The position numbers and the translations under genes were made by a program. The notes under the pieces are model-generated. The model did no database searches. It was not told where the DNA came from and was given only the letters and a program-made list of their open reading frames with translations. Shown piece by piece: positions 50,147 through 61,010 of a stretch of DNA of 64,000 nt; the stretch's first letter is position 1, and each line of letters begins with the position of its first letter. This stretch comes from Dehalococcoidia bacterium (GTDB lineage: Bacteria > Chloroflexota > Dehalococcoidia > Lucifugimonadales > UBA3495): assembly GCA_030740155.1 (NCBI GenBank), contig JASLXV010000038.1:1-64000 (forward strand). Reading direction: 5' to 3'.

Positions 50147-50566
50147 TTACCGCTTGGTGTACTGAGGCGCGCGGCGGGCCCGCTTGAGGCCGTATTTCTT
50201 GCTTTCTTTGATCCGGGCGTCCCGGGTGATGAAACCGGCGCGGCGAAGGCCGGCTTTAAGCGTCTCGTCGTAGACCACCAGCGCGCGGGAAATCCCGTGG
50301 CGGATGGCCTCCGCCTGGGAGTTCACTCCACCGCCCTGGACCCGGACGGCCACCTGGAACCGGTTGACGGTTTCGGTAATCCGGAAGGGCTCGGTGATGA
50401 TGCCCTGCCATGGCTTCCAGTTGAAATACTCGTCCATGGGCTTGCCATTGACCAGGATGGTGCCGCCCTCGTCCGGATAGAGCCGAATCTTGGCGATGGA
50501 AGTCTTCCGTTTGCCCGTTCCGTAGTAATACGCTTGTTCAGTTGAAGCCCGTACCAACGTGGCCAC
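50147..50566 (-). CDS. rpsI: 30S ribosomal protein S9
   Basis: GTGKRKTS, GGG...QAEAIRHGISRAL, ARRAPQYTKR. Confidence 0.97.
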   Translation of the reverse strand: MATLVRASTEQAYYYGTGKRKTSIAKIRLYPDEGGTILVNGKPMDEYFNWKPWQGIITEPFRITETVNRFQVAVRVQGGGVNSQAEAIRHGISRALVVYDETLKAGLRRAGFITRDARIKESKKYGLKRARRAPQYTKR

Positions 50567-51013
50567 CTATCCTTCGTCCTGATTTTGTCCGGGAGCCGCC
50601 TGAGCCTCATGGGGATGGTCGGCCCCGGCGTATACCTTCAAGCGCCGGAGCATCTGGCGCCCCTGGTGGTTGCGGGGAAGCATGCCCTTGACCGCCAGTT
50701 CAATAACCCTCTCGGGGTGATTTTCCAGCACGGTCCGCAGCTGAAAAGACTTGAGATTGCCCACGTAGCCACTGTGCCGGTAGTACATCTTTTGTTCCAG
50801 CTTGTCGCCGGTGACCCGGATCTTGGAGGCGTTGAGAACCACCACGAAGTCTCCGGTGAGAACGTGGGGCGTGTAGGAACTCTTGTCTTTACCCTGCAAG
50901 GCTACGGAGATATTGCGGGCAAATCGGCCCAGAATCTGGCCGGTAGCGTCCATCACCCGCCAATTGGCGGGAATCTCGTCGTTCTTGGGGAAGTAGGTGC
51001 TGGCCCTTTTCAT
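50567..51013 (-). CDS. rplM: 50S ribosomal protein L13
   Basis: YTPH..TGDFVVV.NA, YYRHSGY.G, AVKGMLP, HPHEAQ. Confidence 0.97.
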   Translation of the reverse strand: MKRASTYFPKNDEIPANWRVMDATGQILGRFARNISVALQGKDKSSYTPHVLTGDFVVVLNASKIRVTGDKLEQKMYYRHSGYVGNLKSFQLRTVLENHPERVIELAVKGMLPRNHQGRQMLRRLKVYAGADHPHEAQAAPGQNQDEG

Positions 51014-51284
51014 TGGTTACTTCACTTCTCCGTCCGTTTACCGGGTACCGGTTCACAGTGTAACCCAGGTTGGCGGAAACTTAAACTGGCTGGGTGTCCA
51101 ATCTCGCGCCCGATCATCGTCCGTCTGCCGCCGGGCGGGCGAACCGGATACGGCGCCGGCCGTTGGAGCGGGGTCGAGGCCGGTCGTCTCGCAGACTCTC
51201 CGACAACTGGAAAGCCTGGAGCGGCGGTGTGGATTTTCTGGCGGTCCCGTGGGCGGGACACCATCCGGATGTCACGGTTTTCGA

Positions 51285-52199
51285 TCACAGTCCCGGCCCC
51301 GTTCCGCACCCGACGGGCGAAGAAGACTGACCGGCAGCCGCGGCGGGACGAGAAGGAGCCCGGTAGGTCACCTTCATCAAACACAATCCATGAGCCGGCG
51401 CCTGAGGGCACGCCAGCCGAAGGGGCAGTGTCCCCTCCAGGGCGTTCTTCACGGTGCTATTCGGGAGCCGGCCCTTCCCGACCTCGAGCAAGAGGCCGTT
51501 GGCCCTCCGAATCTGATGTCTCAAGAACCCGTTGGCCTCGCACTCGATGATAACCGTGTCGTCTTCTCGCCAGACCTCCCAGCGGTGCACCCGCCGGACG
51601 GAGCTTTTTTCCGGAGGTAGACCCACGGCGAACCAACGGAAGTCGTGGTCACCCACCAGGCCCTGGGCCGCGGCGGCCATTTCGGGGACCTGCAGCTCGT
51701 TTCTGACCCAATAGTGGGTATGGCGTCGCAGCGGCGAGGGCCACGGCCGGTTGAGGATGTGGTACCGGTAGGTGCGGCTAACCGCGTCCCTTCGGGAGTG
51801 AAACTCGGGTGACACTTCCCAAGCGGATTGGACCTCGATATCGTTGGGTAAGTAGTGGTTCAGCGCCCTCGGAAAGCGGTCCACCGGGTGGGCGCTACGG
51901 GTGGGGAAGTCGACGACCTGGCCCAGGGCGTGGGCACCAGAATCGGTCCGGCTGGCGCCTCGGATGCGAACCGGTTCACCGGTGAAACGGGCGAGCCCCC
52001 GCTCTATCTCACCCTGGATTGTAGGCTGTTCGGCCTGGAGTTGAAATCCCATGTACTTGCTTCCGTCGTATTCCACTACCAGGGCCAGCCGGCGTGTTGG
52101 AGCCGACGCCGATCCACCCGGCGCCCCATTGCAATACAAGGGCTCGGGAGAGTTGGTAGCCCCCGCAGGGGTAGTCTGTCGATTATCTTGGCTTTGCAT
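51285..52199 (-). CDS. truA: tRNA pseudouridine(38-40) synthase
   Basis: YDGSKYMGFQ.Q, ASRTDSGAHA.GQ, ANGFLRHQIR, APAHGL.L..V.Y. The start is uncertain. Confidence 0.92.
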   Translation of the reverse strand: MQSQDNRQTTPAGATNSPEPLYCNGAPGGSASAPTRRLALVVEYDGSKYMGFQLQAEQPTIQGEIERGLARFTGEPVRIRGASRTDSGAHALGQVVDFPTRSAHPVDRFPRALNHYLPNDIEVQSAWEVSPEFHSRRDAVSRTYRYHILNRPWPSPLRRHTHYWVRNELQVPEMAAAAQGLVGDHDFRWFAVGLPPEKSSVRRVHRWEVWREDDTVIIECEANGFLRHQIRRANGLLLEVGKGRLPNSTVKNALEGTLPLRLACPQAPAHGLCLMKVTYRAPSRPAAAAGQSSSPVGCGTGPGL

Positions 52200-52307
52200 A
52201 GCGTGGCCGAGAGGAATTTGCCTCGCTAAATCCGGAGGCGTTCCCCGCCCGCTTCCGGGTAAGGGAGTGGGCTTCGGGCCTGTTGCATCCTCGGAGAGGC
52301 AGCGGCG

Positions 52308-52661
52308 CTAGACCAATTCGATCATGGCCATCAATGCGGCGTCGCCCTGGCGTGGCCCCAGTTTGATGATTCGGGTGTAGCCCCCGGCCCGCTCGGTATA
52401 CCTGGGAGCCACGTCATCGAACACCTTTTTCACCACCTTCGTGTTCGGCACCTGGGCCAGCGCCAGCCGCCGGTGATGCAGCGTCCCCTTCTTGCCGTGG
52501 GTTATGAGTTTTTCGGCGACCACCCGGGTCTCTTTTGCCTTGGCCAGAGTAGTGGTGATGCGCTCATGGCGGATCAACTCGACCACGAGCCCCCTGAGCA
52601 AGGCGCGGCGCTGGTCACGCCGCCGGCTCAGTTTTCTGCCTGTTACTCGATGAGATGCCAT
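52308..52661 (-). CDS. rplQ: 50S ribosomal protein L17
   Basis: [28 protein letters not shown]. Confidence 0.97.
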   Translation of the reverse strand: MASHRVTGRKLSRRRDQRRALLRGLVVELIRHERITTTLAKAKETRVVAEKLITHGKKGTLHHRRLALAQVPNTKVVKKVFDDVAPRYTERAGGYTRIIKLGPRQGDAALMAMIELV

Positions 52662-52672
52662 GGTTAGTTGGG

Positions 52673-53851
52673 TTACTCCTCGTCCTCGGATTCCGCCGGC
52701 CGGTCGGCCTGGTCGTCCTCATTTTCCTCTGGCCCGGAGGGGTCTTCCATGTCCACGTCCTGCTCCGCCGGCGGAGCGTCTCCAACGCCGATAAGGTTTT
52801 GGATGTCCTCGGACGATAGTTCGGAGACCGCTTCTTGCGGCCCGGCGTCGGCGTCGGCCTCGGGTTCAGTTTGCGCGGAGGGGTGGGGCGCGATGCCACG
52901 CTCGGCCAGCTTCTCCCGCAACTCAACCAGGGACTTCTCGCCGAAGTTGCGAATCTTGAGGAGTTCGTCGTCGGACAACTCCAAGATTTCGCCCACTTTG
53001 GTGATGTGGCCCCGCTTGAGGCAGTTGAGGGTTCTGGGCGAGAGTTCCAACCTTTCGATGGGGGTTTGGTAAATCTCCGGAGAGACAATCATGGAGGGGC
53101 GTTCCACCCCGGCTTCCGTCGCCCGGTCCAGGTTGGTGAACAGGAAGAAGTGGGAGACCAGGGTGTCGGCCGCCTCCCTTACCGCCTCCACCGGCTTGAT
53201 GGTGCCGTCGGTCCATACTTCCAAGACCAACCGTTCGTAGTCGGTAATCTGACCGACCCGGGTACGCTCGACGCTGTAGTTCACCTTTCGCACCGGGCTG
53301 AAGATGGCATCCACCGGCAGGACTCCGACGGGAGGAGCGGAGGGCCCGTCCATCTGGGTTGCCGGCTGGTATCCCACCCCCTGTTCCACGTTGAACTCGA
53401 TGGAAAGGCGAGCGCTGTCGGAGTCCAGCGTTGCCAGGTGAAGCTCGGGGTTCACGATCTCGAAATCGCTGGAAGTGGAGATATCCCCCGCGCAGACGCG
53501 CCCTTCGCCGGCCACGTCCAGCCGCATCTTCCCGGCCCGTTCCGATTGGGCCCGGACCCGGATCCTTTTGATGTTGAGGAGGAGTTCCATCACCTCTTCC
53601 TTGACTCCGGTGATGGCGCCGTACTCGTGGACCACATCGTCGATCTTGACCCAGGTAATTGCGCTGCCGTTTGTGGAGCTGAGCAGTATCCGGCGCAAGG
53701 GGTTGCCGATGGTCAGGCCGAAACCCCGTTGCAGGGGTTCCACTGCCACTTTTCCGTAGGTGTCCTCCGACTCCAATACGTGGACGTCGGGTTTGAGTGT
53801 TTCTGGTCCTGCCTCGGCTTCTGCCGGAGGCAGGAGAAAGGTTTCTAGCAT
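52673..53851 (-). CDS. rpoA: DNA-directed RNA polymerase subunit alpha
   Basis: [53 protein letters not shown], plus an acidic C-terminal tail. Confidence 0.97.
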   Translation of the reverse strand: MLETFLLPPAEAEAGPETLKPDVHVLESEDTYGKVAVEPLQRGFGLTIGNPLRRILLSSTNGSAITWVKIDDVVHEYGAITGVKEEVMELLLNIKRIRVRAQSERAGKMRLDVAGEGRVCAGDISTSSDFEIVNPELHLATLDSDSARLSIEFNVEQGVGYQPATQMDGPSAPPVGVLPVDAIFSPVRKVNYSVERTRVGQITDYERLVLEVWTDGTIKPVEAVREAADTLVSHFFLFTNLDRATEAGVERPSMIVSPEIYQTPIERLELSPRTLNCLKRGHITKVGEILELSDDELLKIRNFGEKSLVELREKLAERGIAPHPSAQTEPEADADAGPQEAVSELSSEDIQNLIGVGDAPPAEQDVDMEDPSGPEENEDDQADRPAESEDEE

Positions 53852-53859
53852 CAGGCTTG

Positions 53860-54486
53860 TTACCTCGAGTAAAACTCCACGATCAACCGTGAGTCGATAG
53901 TTTGCAGTAGGTCTTCATCGGCCGGCACGGACATGATTCGGCCACTGACCTCCGACGTATTCAAATCAATCCAGGCGGGTACCGGGCGCTTGGGCAAGCC
54001 GTCGGTGCGCTCCTTGAAGAAATCCGTCGATTTGACCGACTCTTTCCAGGAGATAACATCGCCGACCTTCACCTGATAGGAGGGAATGTCGGTTTTTGTT
54101 CCGTTGACCCGGAAATGGCCGTGCATCACGAATTGGCGGGCCTGCTTGCGCGAGTCGGCAAAGCACATCAAAAAGATGACGTTGTCCAGCCGGCGTTCCA
54201 GGGTTCGGAGCAGGTTGAAGCCGGTGATTCCCGGCGCGTTGAAAGCCTGGGACATATACCGGCGGAACTGGGACTCCAGCACGCCGTATATTTGTTTGGC
54301 CTTCTGCTTCTCCCGCAGGTGGACACCATAGTCGGAGGGTCGCCGGCGCCGGCGGCTCTGGTCGCCCGGGGGGGCTCGGCGGCGTTCGAATGCGCAACGG
54401 GGGGTGAAGCAACGGTCCCCCTTGAGAAAGAGCTTTTCCCCGGCCCGGCGGCACAGCCGGCAGTTAGGTCCTGTGTATCTACCCAT
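53860..54486 (-). CDS. rpsD: 30S ribosomal protein S4
   Basis: MGRYTGP.CRLCRR, LREKQK, LERRLDNV, IVEFYSR. Confidence 0.97.
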   Translation of the reverse strand: MGRYTGPNCRLCRRAGEKLFLKGDRCFTPRCAFERRRAPPGDQSRRRRRPSDYGVHLREKQKAKQIYGVLESQFRRYMSQAFNAPGITGFNLLRTLERRLDNVIFLMCFADSRKQARQFVMHGHFRVNGTKTDIPSYQVKVGDVISWKESVKSTDFFKERTDGLPKRPVPAWIDLNTSEVSGRIMSVPADEDLLQTIDSRLIVEFYSR

Positions 54487-54495
54487 ACGGTTAGC

Positions 54496-54879
54496 CTACA
54501 CCCTCCTTCGTTTCGGTGGCCGGCACCCGTTATGGGGTATCGGCGTTACGTCCCGGATACTGCGCACCGCGAGTCCGGCCCCTTGCAGGGAACGGATTGC
54601 TGCCTCGCGGCCGGCCCCTGGGCCTTTGATCATTACATCCACCTGGCGCAGGCCCTGGTCCATCCCACGGCGGGCGGCCTGCTCGGCGGCCCGCTGGGCG
54701 GCAAAGGCAGTTCCCTTGCGGGAGCCTTTGAATCCCACCGTGCCCGCGCTGGCGGAAGAGATCACGTTTCCCTGGGGGTCGGTGATGCTGACCATCGTGT
54801 TATTGAATGTTGAATAAATGTACGCTCGTCCCAGCGGTACGTTGCGGCGTTCTCGGCGCCGTGATCTTGGTCTTGGCAT
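54496..54879 (-). CDS. rpsK: 30S ribosomal protein S11
   Basis: [37 protein letters not shown]. Confidence 0.97.
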   Translation of the reverse strand: MPRPRSRRRERRNVPLGRAYIYSTFNNTMVSITDPQGNVISSASAGTVGFKGSRKGTAFAAQRAAEQAARRGMDQGLRQVDVMIKGPGAGREAAIRSLQGAGLAVRSIRDVTPIPHNGCRPPKRRRV

Positions 54880-54889
54880 GAGGTTTTAC

Positions 54890-55282
54890 CTACTTCTTAC
54901 CCCCGGTACGGCGGCCGCGGCCGGCAACGGTGCGGCGAGGGCCCTTCCGGGTACGGGCGTTGGTCCTGGTACGTTGGCCGTGGGCCGGCAGGCCCCGGCG
55001 GTGGCGCAGGCCCCGGTAGGAGCCTATTTCTATCAAGCGCCGGATATTTTGGTTGACCTCGCGGCGCAGGTCACCCTCCGCGATATATTCCCGGTCCACC
55101 AGTTCCCGGATCCGGTCCACCTGGGCCTCAGATAGCTCGTTCATTCGGGGTGAAAGCACGGGGTCAATCTGAGCCTTGGTCAGTATTTCCGCGGCCAGGG
55201 TGGGGCCGATACCGTAAATACGACGCAGGGCCACGTGGGCCTTCTTGCGATCCGGCACGTCTACGCCGGCTATACGAACCAC
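54890..55282 (-). CDS. rpsM: 30S ribosomal protein S13
   Basis: RIAGVD.P, IYGIG, EGDLRR, YRGLRHRRGLP..GQRTRTNARTRKG. Confidence 0.97.
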   Translation of the reverse strand: MVRIAGVDVPDRKKAHVALRRIYGIGPTLAAEILTKAQIDPVLSPRMNELSEAQVDRIRELVDREYIAEGDLRREVNQNIRRLIEIGSYRGLRHRRGLPAHGQRTRTNARTRKGPRRTVAGRGRRTGGKK

Positions 55283-55318
55283 TGGTTACCTCCTAGATCC
55301 CGCAGGCAGCCCACTGGG

Positions 55319-55432
55319 CTAGCCCTGCCGCTGGGAATGTCTCGGATTGGAGCAGATGATCCTCACCACTCCCTTGCGTTTGATCACCCGGCACTTGTCG
55401 CACCTGGGCTTAACCGATGCCGATACCTTCAT
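55319..55432 (-). CDS. rpmJ: 50S ribosomal protein L36 (not in the ORF track)
   Basis: Manual translation gives [37 protein letters not shown]. Confidence 0.95.
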   Translation of the reverse strand: MKVSASVKPRCDKCRVIKRKGVVRIICSNPRHSQRQG

Positions 55433-55450
55433 TATTAAATCACCCGCGCC

Positions 55451-55669
55451 TTACTTGAACCGGTAGGTTATGCGGCCACGGCTCAGGTCGTATGGCGATA
55501 ACTCCACGAGAACCCGGTCGCCCGGCAGCACGCGAATGAAGTGCTTCCGGATCTTGCCCGACACGTGGGCCAATACCTTGTGGTCGTTGGGCAGCTCCAC
55601 CCGGAACATTCCGTTGGGCAGGGCTTCTTTCACGCTGGCTTCTACTTCTATGGCCTGTTTTTTTGGCAT
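55451..55669 (-). CDS. infA: Translation initiation factor IF-1
   Basis: EALPN.MFRVEL, SGKIR...[24 protein letters not shown]. Confidence 0.97.
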   Translation of the reverse strand: MPKKQAIEVEASVKEALPNGMFRVELPNDHKVLAHVSGKIRKHFIRVLPGDRVLVELSPYDLSRGRITYRFK

Positions 55670-55726
55670 ATGCGTCCTCTGCTGTCACCGTTCCCCGTCC
55701 GCCGGCGGGCCGGGGTGCGATGCCCG

Positions 55727-56533
55727 CTAGTCGTGGCTGGTCAGAACCTCTGGCCCCTCTTCGGTTATGGCGATGGTATGCTCAAAATGGGCCGACAGTT
55801 TCCCGTCCGCCGTTACCACCGTCCACTGGTCGTCCAGTATCCGGGTGTGCCAATCTCCAACGTTCAACATCGGTTCGATGGCAATGCACATGCCGGGGCG
55901 CAGAAGCGGTCCCAGGCCCGCCTGCCCGTAGTTGGGAACCTGGGGGTCTTCATGGAGGAACCGGCCCACACCGTGGCCCACGAACTCCCGGACTATTCCG
56001 TATCCCCTGCTCTCGCCGAAGCTCTGGACGGCCGCCCCAATATCGCCAATCCGGTTCCCCGGCACGGAAACCTTGATTCCCTCTTCCAGGCATCGGCGGG
56101 TAGCTTCCATCAACGCTGCCGCCTCCCCGCTCACTTCACCCACCGCCAGCGAGATGGCTGCATCTCCGATAAGCCCGTCCAGGGTCGCCCCCACGTCCAC
56201 TTTGATTATATCCCCTTTTTTCAGAACCCGCTTCCCGGGGATCCCGTGTACGATCTGCTCATTCACCGACGTGCAGATACTGGCAGGAAACCCCCGGTAG
56301 CCTTTGAAGGTAGGCCGGGCGCCGTGGCGGGTTATTTCCTTGAAGGCGATCCGGTCCAGGTCCTTGGTGGTCATTCCCGGTTCCACCGAGCGCTTCAACA
56401 AGGTGAGCACCGCACCCACGACAGCGCCGGCACGGCGCATGGCGTCCAGTTCCTGGGCGGATTTTATCGTAATCCCCCCTTTGTAGGTGGTCGGCGAGTT
56501 CGACGCGGTTTCAACCTTTCTGCCGGTATTCAA
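55727..56533 (-). CDS. map: Methionine aminopeptidase type I
   Basis: CTSVNE..VHGIP, GHGVG..LHEDP, AIEPM, SAHFEHT. Confidence 0.96.
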   Translation of the reverse strand: MNTGRKVETASNSPTTYKGGITIKSAQELDAMRRAGAVVGAVLTLLKRSVEPGMTTKDLDRIAFKEITRHGARPTFKGYRGFPASICTSVNEQIVHGIPGKRVLKKGDIIKVDVGATLDGLIGDAAISLAVGEVSGEAAALMEATRRCLEEGIKVSVPGNRIGDIGAAVQSFGESRGYGIVREFVGHGVGRFLHEDPQVPNYGQAGLGPLLRPGMCIAIEPMLNVGDWHTRILDDQWTVVTADGKLSAHFEHTIAITEEGPEVLTSHD

Positions 56534-56557
56534 CCTTTCTATTCTACCCCTGTTCGG

Positions 56558-57283
56558 TTATCTTGAAAACCCGGCCTTGGATACCGGCCCTTGCGCTATT
56601 GCTTTCAGCACCAGGGCATGGATACTTTCGACACTTCCTTCACCCGGAATGTCAGCCAGGAGGCCTCTTTGCTGGTAGAAACTCAAGAGGGGAACGGTTT
56701 CGGTGTGGTATACATAGAGTCGCCGACGGAGCGCTTCCGGGGTGTCGTCGGCCCGCTGGTAAAGTTCACCTCCGCAATCGTGGCACCGCCGTTCTCCTTT
56801 TCCCGATGTTTCCTTGCTTGCTTCCTCGCTTCCCTCATCTGGTGATGGTAGGCCAATGGTGTGTGGGGCCTGGCACCTCCGGCAACTGTAGCGGCCCCCG
56901 ATGCGCCGGAACACCTCCCGCTCGGGGACGTCGATGTGCACTACTTTGTCCAGGCCTCGGGACCGCTGCTCCAATGCCCACTCCAGGGCCCTGGCCTGGT
57001 GCAGGTTTCGGGGGAACCCGTCCAGGATGAACCCCACCCGCGGCTCCAGGGAGAGCACCTTGTCCAGAATGATATCGATTGTGACCTCGTCGGGCACCAA
57101 CAGCCCCTGGTTCATGAACCCGGCCACCTGGAGACCCAGCGCGGTTTGCTGCTGCAGGTGTTCGCGGAACAGGCCCCCGGAACCGATGTAGCGTATCCGG
57201 AGCCGCCGGGTCAACAGCTGCGCCTGGGTGCCCTTTCCCGCGCCCGGGGGGCCGAACAGTATCAGTCGTGTCGCGGGGATCAA
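56558..57283 (-). CDS. adk: Adenylate kinase
   Basis: GPPGAGKGTQA, G.LVPDE, LDGFPR, zinc-type lid (C..C...C..C), QRADD. Confidence 0.93.
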   Translation of the reverse strand: MIPATRLILFGPPGAGKGTQAQLLTRRLRIRYIGSGGLFREHLQQQTALGLQVAGFMNQGLLVPDEVTIDIILDKVLSLEPRVGFILDGFPRNLHQARALEWALEQRSRGLDKVVHIDVPEREVFRRIGGRYSCRRCQAPHTIGLPSPDEGSEEASKETSGKGERRCHDCGGELYQRADDTPEALRRRLYVYHTETVPLLSFYQQRGLLADIPGEGSVESIHALVLKAIAQGPVSKAGFSR

Positions 57284-57284
57284 T

Positions 57285-58613
57285 CTATTTCAAGAATCCT
57301 TCATAATTCCGCATCATGAGTTGTGCTTCCAGCTGGCGCAAGGTGTCTAGGCCCACCCCGACCATGATCAACAAGCTGGTGCTGCTCAGGGAAATTGCCT
57401 GGACATCGGTCACCAGGGACGCTAGCCATGGAACGATGGCGATAAACCCCAAGAACAAGGCGCCCCCCAGCGTTAAGCGCACTATCACCCGGTTCAAATA
57501 GTCCTGGGTGGGCTTGCCCGGCCGGATCCCCAGCACGAAGCCCCCGTTGCGTTGGAGGTTCTCCGCCAGGTTCTGCTGGTTGAACACTACCAACGTGTAG
57601 AAAAAGGTAAAGGCAACCACCAGGATGAACACCATTACCCAATAGAGCATTGAAGTGGGCACCAGCAGGTCGCCGAAGAAGACTGCCGCGTCGCCGATCC
57701 AGCCGCCGCTGGTGGATAGGTAGGTGGCGATGGTTCCGGGAAGAATCACGATGGAAAAGGCGAAGATCAGCGGGATCATTCCAGCCGAGTTGATCCTGAG
57801 AGGCAGATAGGTTGCGCCACTCTGACGGTACATTCTACCGCCCCTGAAGATGCTGCGCCCGTATTGAACCGGAATGCGCCGGTGGGCTTCGTTGAACAGC
57901 ACGATCATCGCGATAATCATCACGCCGATTATGGCGAAGAAACCGATGCCGAGGACGTTGTCCCGATCGAGGAACCCCTGGGCCAAGAGGCCGGGGAAGC
58001 CGGCCACGATTCCCGCGAAGATGATCAGGGAGATACCGTTGCCGATGCCCTTCTCGGTGATCAACTCGCCCAACCAGACCAGGAACAGGGTCCCGGCGAC
58101 GATGGAAATGAGGGCGGCGACGGTGGGCAGCAGGTTGCTGCCGGAGAACCCCACGAAGTTCAGCACGTTGCTCTGTTGAAGGAGCACCAGTTGCCCGTAG
58201 CCCTGGGCCAGGGCAATGGGCACGGTCAGCCAGTGAACGAAGCGGTTCATCTTGGCCCGGCCCGCTTCTCCCTCCCGGGAGATTTCTTGAAGGGCCGGTA
58301 TAACCGGGGTGAGTAGCTGCATGACGATGGAGGCGGTGATGTAGGGGAAAACCCCCAGCGCCACGATGCTCATCCGTCTCAAGGCGCCGCCGCTGAACAG
58401 GTCCAAAAAGCCCAGGAGCTGGTTGCTGTCGAACAGGACATCCAGCTGGTCGGTGTCGATGCCGGGCAGCGGAATGTGGGCCGCAAAACGGTAAAGCGCC
58501 AGCAGCGCCAGAGTGAACAGGATTTTGGCCCTGAGGTCCGGCAAGCTGAAGGCGTCGATTGCAGCCTGGAGCAGGCGAGGGAATCGCCCCCCCTGGGTTT
58601 CCGCGGTCATCAT
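57285..58613 (-). CDS. secY: Preprotein translocase subunit SecY
   Basis: LGVFPYITASI, WLGELITEKGIGNGISLII, IPVQY, GIRPGKPT, TSLLIMVGV. Confidence 0.97.
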   Translation of the reverse strand: MMTAETQGGRFPRLLQAAIDAFSLPDLRAKILFTLALLALYRFAAHIPLPGIDTDQLDVLFDSNQLLGFLDLFSGGALRRMSIVALGVFPYITASIVMQLLTPVIPALQEISREGEAGRAKMNRFVHWLTVPIALAQGYGQLVLLQQSNVLNFVGFSGSNLLPTVAALISIVAGTLFLVWLGELITEKGIGNGISLIIFAGIVAGFPGLLAQGFLDRDNVLGIGFFAIIGVMIIAMIVLFNEAHRRIPVQYGRSIFRGGRMYRQSGATYLPLRINSAGMIPLIFAFSIVILPGTIATYLSTSGGWIGDAAVFFGDLLVPTSMLYWVMVFILVVAFTFFYTLVVFNQQNLAENLQRNGGFVLGIRPGKPTQDYLNRVIVRLTLGGALFLGFIAIVPWLASLVTDVQAISLSSTSLLIMVGVGLDTLRQLEAQLMMRNYEGFLK

Positions 58614-58618
58614 TAGAC

Positions 58619-59062
58619 CTAAAGCTCCTGTACTGTTCCCTGGGCTGCTTCGATCTTCTCTCGTGCCGAGCGGGTGAATCTGTGGGCTACCACGGTGAGG
58701 GCCTTGCTGACCTCGCCGTCCCCAACAATCTTGATCGGCTTGTTGAGGTTGCGCAGGTAACCCCGCTCCTTCAGCACTTCGGGCGTGACGCGTTCGCCGG
58801 GCTCGAAGCTATCCAGCGATCCCAGTTTCACCAGGGCATAGTAAACCTTGAACCGGTTGGTGAAGCCGCGCTTCATCGGCAGGCCTTTGATCAATGCCAT
58901 CTGACCGCCTTCGAAGCCGGAGCGGATCGCCCCGCCTGAACGGGATTTCTGGCCCTTCATGCCCCGGCCAGCGGTGCTGCCCTGGCCGGCGGCGTCGCCC
59001 CGGCCCACTCGTTTCTTGGGTCTTCTGGCCCCCGGGCTGGGGACCAGTTGGTGTTCCATCAT
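58619..59062 (-). CDS. rplO: 50S ribosomal protein L15
   Basis: RVGRG...G.G.TAGRG.KGQKSRSG, GFEGGQ. Confidence 0.96.
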   Translation of the reverse strand: MMEHQLVPSPGARRPKKRVGRGDAAGQGSTAGRGMKGQKSRSGGAIRSGFEGGQMALIKGLPMKRGFTNRFKVYYALVKLGSLDSFEPGERVTPEVLKERGYLRNLNKPIKIVGDGEVSKALTVVAHRFTRSAREKIEAAQGTVQEL

Positions 59063-59271
59063 TTGGTGCCACTCCCCGATGGGCTGGCTTCTTCCGCTAC
59101 TTCAACGGTGACCAGGTGGTTGACCTTTTCAACCATCCCGCGGATGGTCGGTGTGTCGCCGTGAATCACCGAATGGTGCAGCCGGTGCAAGCCAAGAGAT
59201 TTTATGACCCTCCGCTGGGATTCGGGCCGGCCGATACAACTTCTTATCCAGGTAATTTTTAGCTGGGCCAT
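59059..59271 (-). CDS. rpmD: 50S ribosomal protein L30
   Basis: LKITWIRS.IG, LGL, DTPTIRGM..KV.HLV.VE. Confidence 0.95.
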   Translation of the reverse strand: MAQLKITWIRSCIGRPESQRRVIKSLGLHRLHHSVIHGDTPTIRGMVEKVNHLVTVEVAEEASPSGSGTK

Positions 59272-59451
59272 CGTACGTCTTTCCTAAGTTCCCTAGTTCC
59301 CTGTGTGTAACCCGCCGGTTCGCCCCGCGCGGCGTTGGGGGAGGCCTCGGACGGGGCTTTGGGCCCAAGGGCAGTGTCCCAGGGCGGCCTCCGGCCGGCG
59401 AGCTTGAGTCAGCTTACGGATAGCGCCTGATCGCTTGGTTTTCCGGGGCCG

Positions 59452-59988
59452 TCATCTACGTCGAGGGGCCTCGTAGGCGCGCTCGGCCCGCATTGCCATC
59501 TCCTTCACCGGGTCACGGAGTTGCCGCAAAGCTTCCATGGTAGCGTAGACGATGTTAATCGGGTTTCGGGAGCCCAAAGACTTGCCCACCACGTCTTTGA
59601 CCCCGCCAAGCTCCAGCATGGCGCGCATGGCGCCGGCGGCGATGACGCCCGTTCCTTCGCGTGCCGGCTTGATCATGACGATGGTGGCGCCTTTCTTGAC
59701 CGTGATCCGCTGGGGAATAGTGCTTCCCTGGATCGGGATCTGGACCAAGTTGCGGCGGGCGATGGCGTTGCCCTTGCGCACCGCGTCGGGAATCACGAGG
59801 GCCTTGCCCAGCCCAACTCCCACCTGGCCTTCGCCGTCGCCCACTACCACGAGGGCATTGAAGCGGAGGCGCCGGCCTCCCTTGACCACTTTAGCAATCC
59901 GCCGGGTGTAGACCACGCGCTCCGACATGCCAGAGGCATCGTCATCCCGGAATCGGCCGTATGGGGCCCTGTTAAACGCCGAAACCAT
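59452..59988 (-). CDS. rpsE: 30S ribosomal protein S5
   Basis: AKVVKGGRR.RFNALVVVGDG, PA..GTGVIA.G. Confidence 0.96.
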   Translation of the reverse strand: MVSAFNRAPYGRFRDDDASGMSERVVYTRRIAKVVKGGRRLRFNALVVVGDGEGQVGVGLGKALVIPDAVRKGNAIARRNLVQIPIQGSTIPQRITVKKGATIVMIKPAREGTGVIAAGAMRAMLELGGVKDVVGKSLGSRNPINIVYATMEALRQLRDPVKEMAMRAERAYEAPRRR

Positions 59989-60048
59989 TTGAAACTTCGA
60001 CCTCCTGCCGTTGTCGGACGATTATATGCTGGCTGCGTAGGGCAACCA

Positions 60049-60417
60049 TTAAAACTCGAGTCCACCTTCTCTGGATGCTTCGGCCAAGGCCTTGACCCGG
60101 CCGTGATACTTGTAACCGCCCCGGTCAAACACCACCTGGGAAATGCCCAGGGCCAGGGCCCGCTCCGCCACGAGCTTGCCCACGGCTTGGGAGGCATTGA
60201 CCTTGGGCTGGATGGGCGATTCCCGCTTTTCGCCACCCTCCTGGCTGGAAGCGGCCGCCAAGGTGTGACCATTGGCGTCGTCGATTACCTGGGCATATAT
60301 GTGGCGCAGGCTGCGGAACACGCAGAGCCGTGGCCGTTGCGGGCTGCCGTGTACCTTTCTCCGCACCCTGGCGTGGCGGACAACCCTCAGTTTTCGAGCG
60401 TCTCTATCTTTGGGCAT
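60049..60417 (-). CDS. rplR: 50S ribosomal protein L18
   Basis: [35 protein letters not shown]. Confidence 0.96.
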   Translation of the reverse strand: MPKDRDARKLRVVRHARVRRKVHGSPQRPRLCVFRSLRHIYAQVIDDANGHTLAAASSQEGGEKRESPIQPKVNASQAVGKLVAERALALGISQVVFDRGGYKYHGRVKALAEASREGGLEF

Positions 60418-60419
60418 GA

Positions 60420-61010
60420 TCAGGCCTTACGGGCGGCTGCCTTACCTGGCTTGAAGTGGAGCACCTCGCCCTGATACCGAATCCCTTTTTCTTTGTAGGC
60501 ATTGGGAGGCCTTACCTTGCGCACTTGAGCCGCCAGGTTGCCTACCTTTTGTTTGTCGATGCCGCGAACGTGGACCCGGTTGTTGCCCTCCACCTCCATG
60601 GTTACCCCTTCGCCGGGGTGAATCTCTACGGTGTGGCTATAGCCCACGCTCAGGATAATGCCGTCTCCGGCCTGCGCGACCCGGTAGCCCACTCCCATCA
60701 GCTCTAATGTCTTGGTGTACCCGTCGGTGACCCCCGTGATGGCGTTGGCGATGAGGCTGCGGGTGAGCCCATGCAAAGCGTGATGGAATTTCCGCTCGGA
60801 GAACCGCTCCACGAAAACCATTCCATCCTCGACCTTGACGACCACGTCGGGGTGGTAGTTTTGAGTCAGGCTCCCCTTGGGTCCTTTCACCGTCACGCCG
60901 CCGTACTCGATCTCTACCTTTACCCCGGAGGGGACGGGGATCGGCTTACGCCCAATGCGGGAGAGCGTCCGGCCTTGAGTTTTTGCCTTCACCGCGGTGT
61001 TACCAGACAT
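60420..61010 (-). CDS. rplF: 50S ribosomal protein L6 (start uncertain)
   Basis: [23 protein letters not shown]. The nearest ATG overlaps the end of rpsH. Confidence 0.93.
   Translation of the reverse strand: MSGNTAVKAKTQGRTLSRIGRKPIPVPSGVKVEIEYGGVTVKGPKGSLTQNYHPDVVVKVEDGMVFVERFSERKFHHALHGLTRSLIANAITGVTDGYTKTLELMGVGYRVAQAGDGIILSVGYSHTVEIHPGEGVTMEVEGNNRVHVRGIDKQKVGNLAAQVRKVRPPNAYKEKGIRYQGEVLHFKPGKAAARKA

Noticed and set aside
59271..59454. UGA read-through of rpsE into the 180-nt gap before rpmD
   Set aside because: S5 homology is complete before the stop, and the extension has no redox motif or recognisable similarity.
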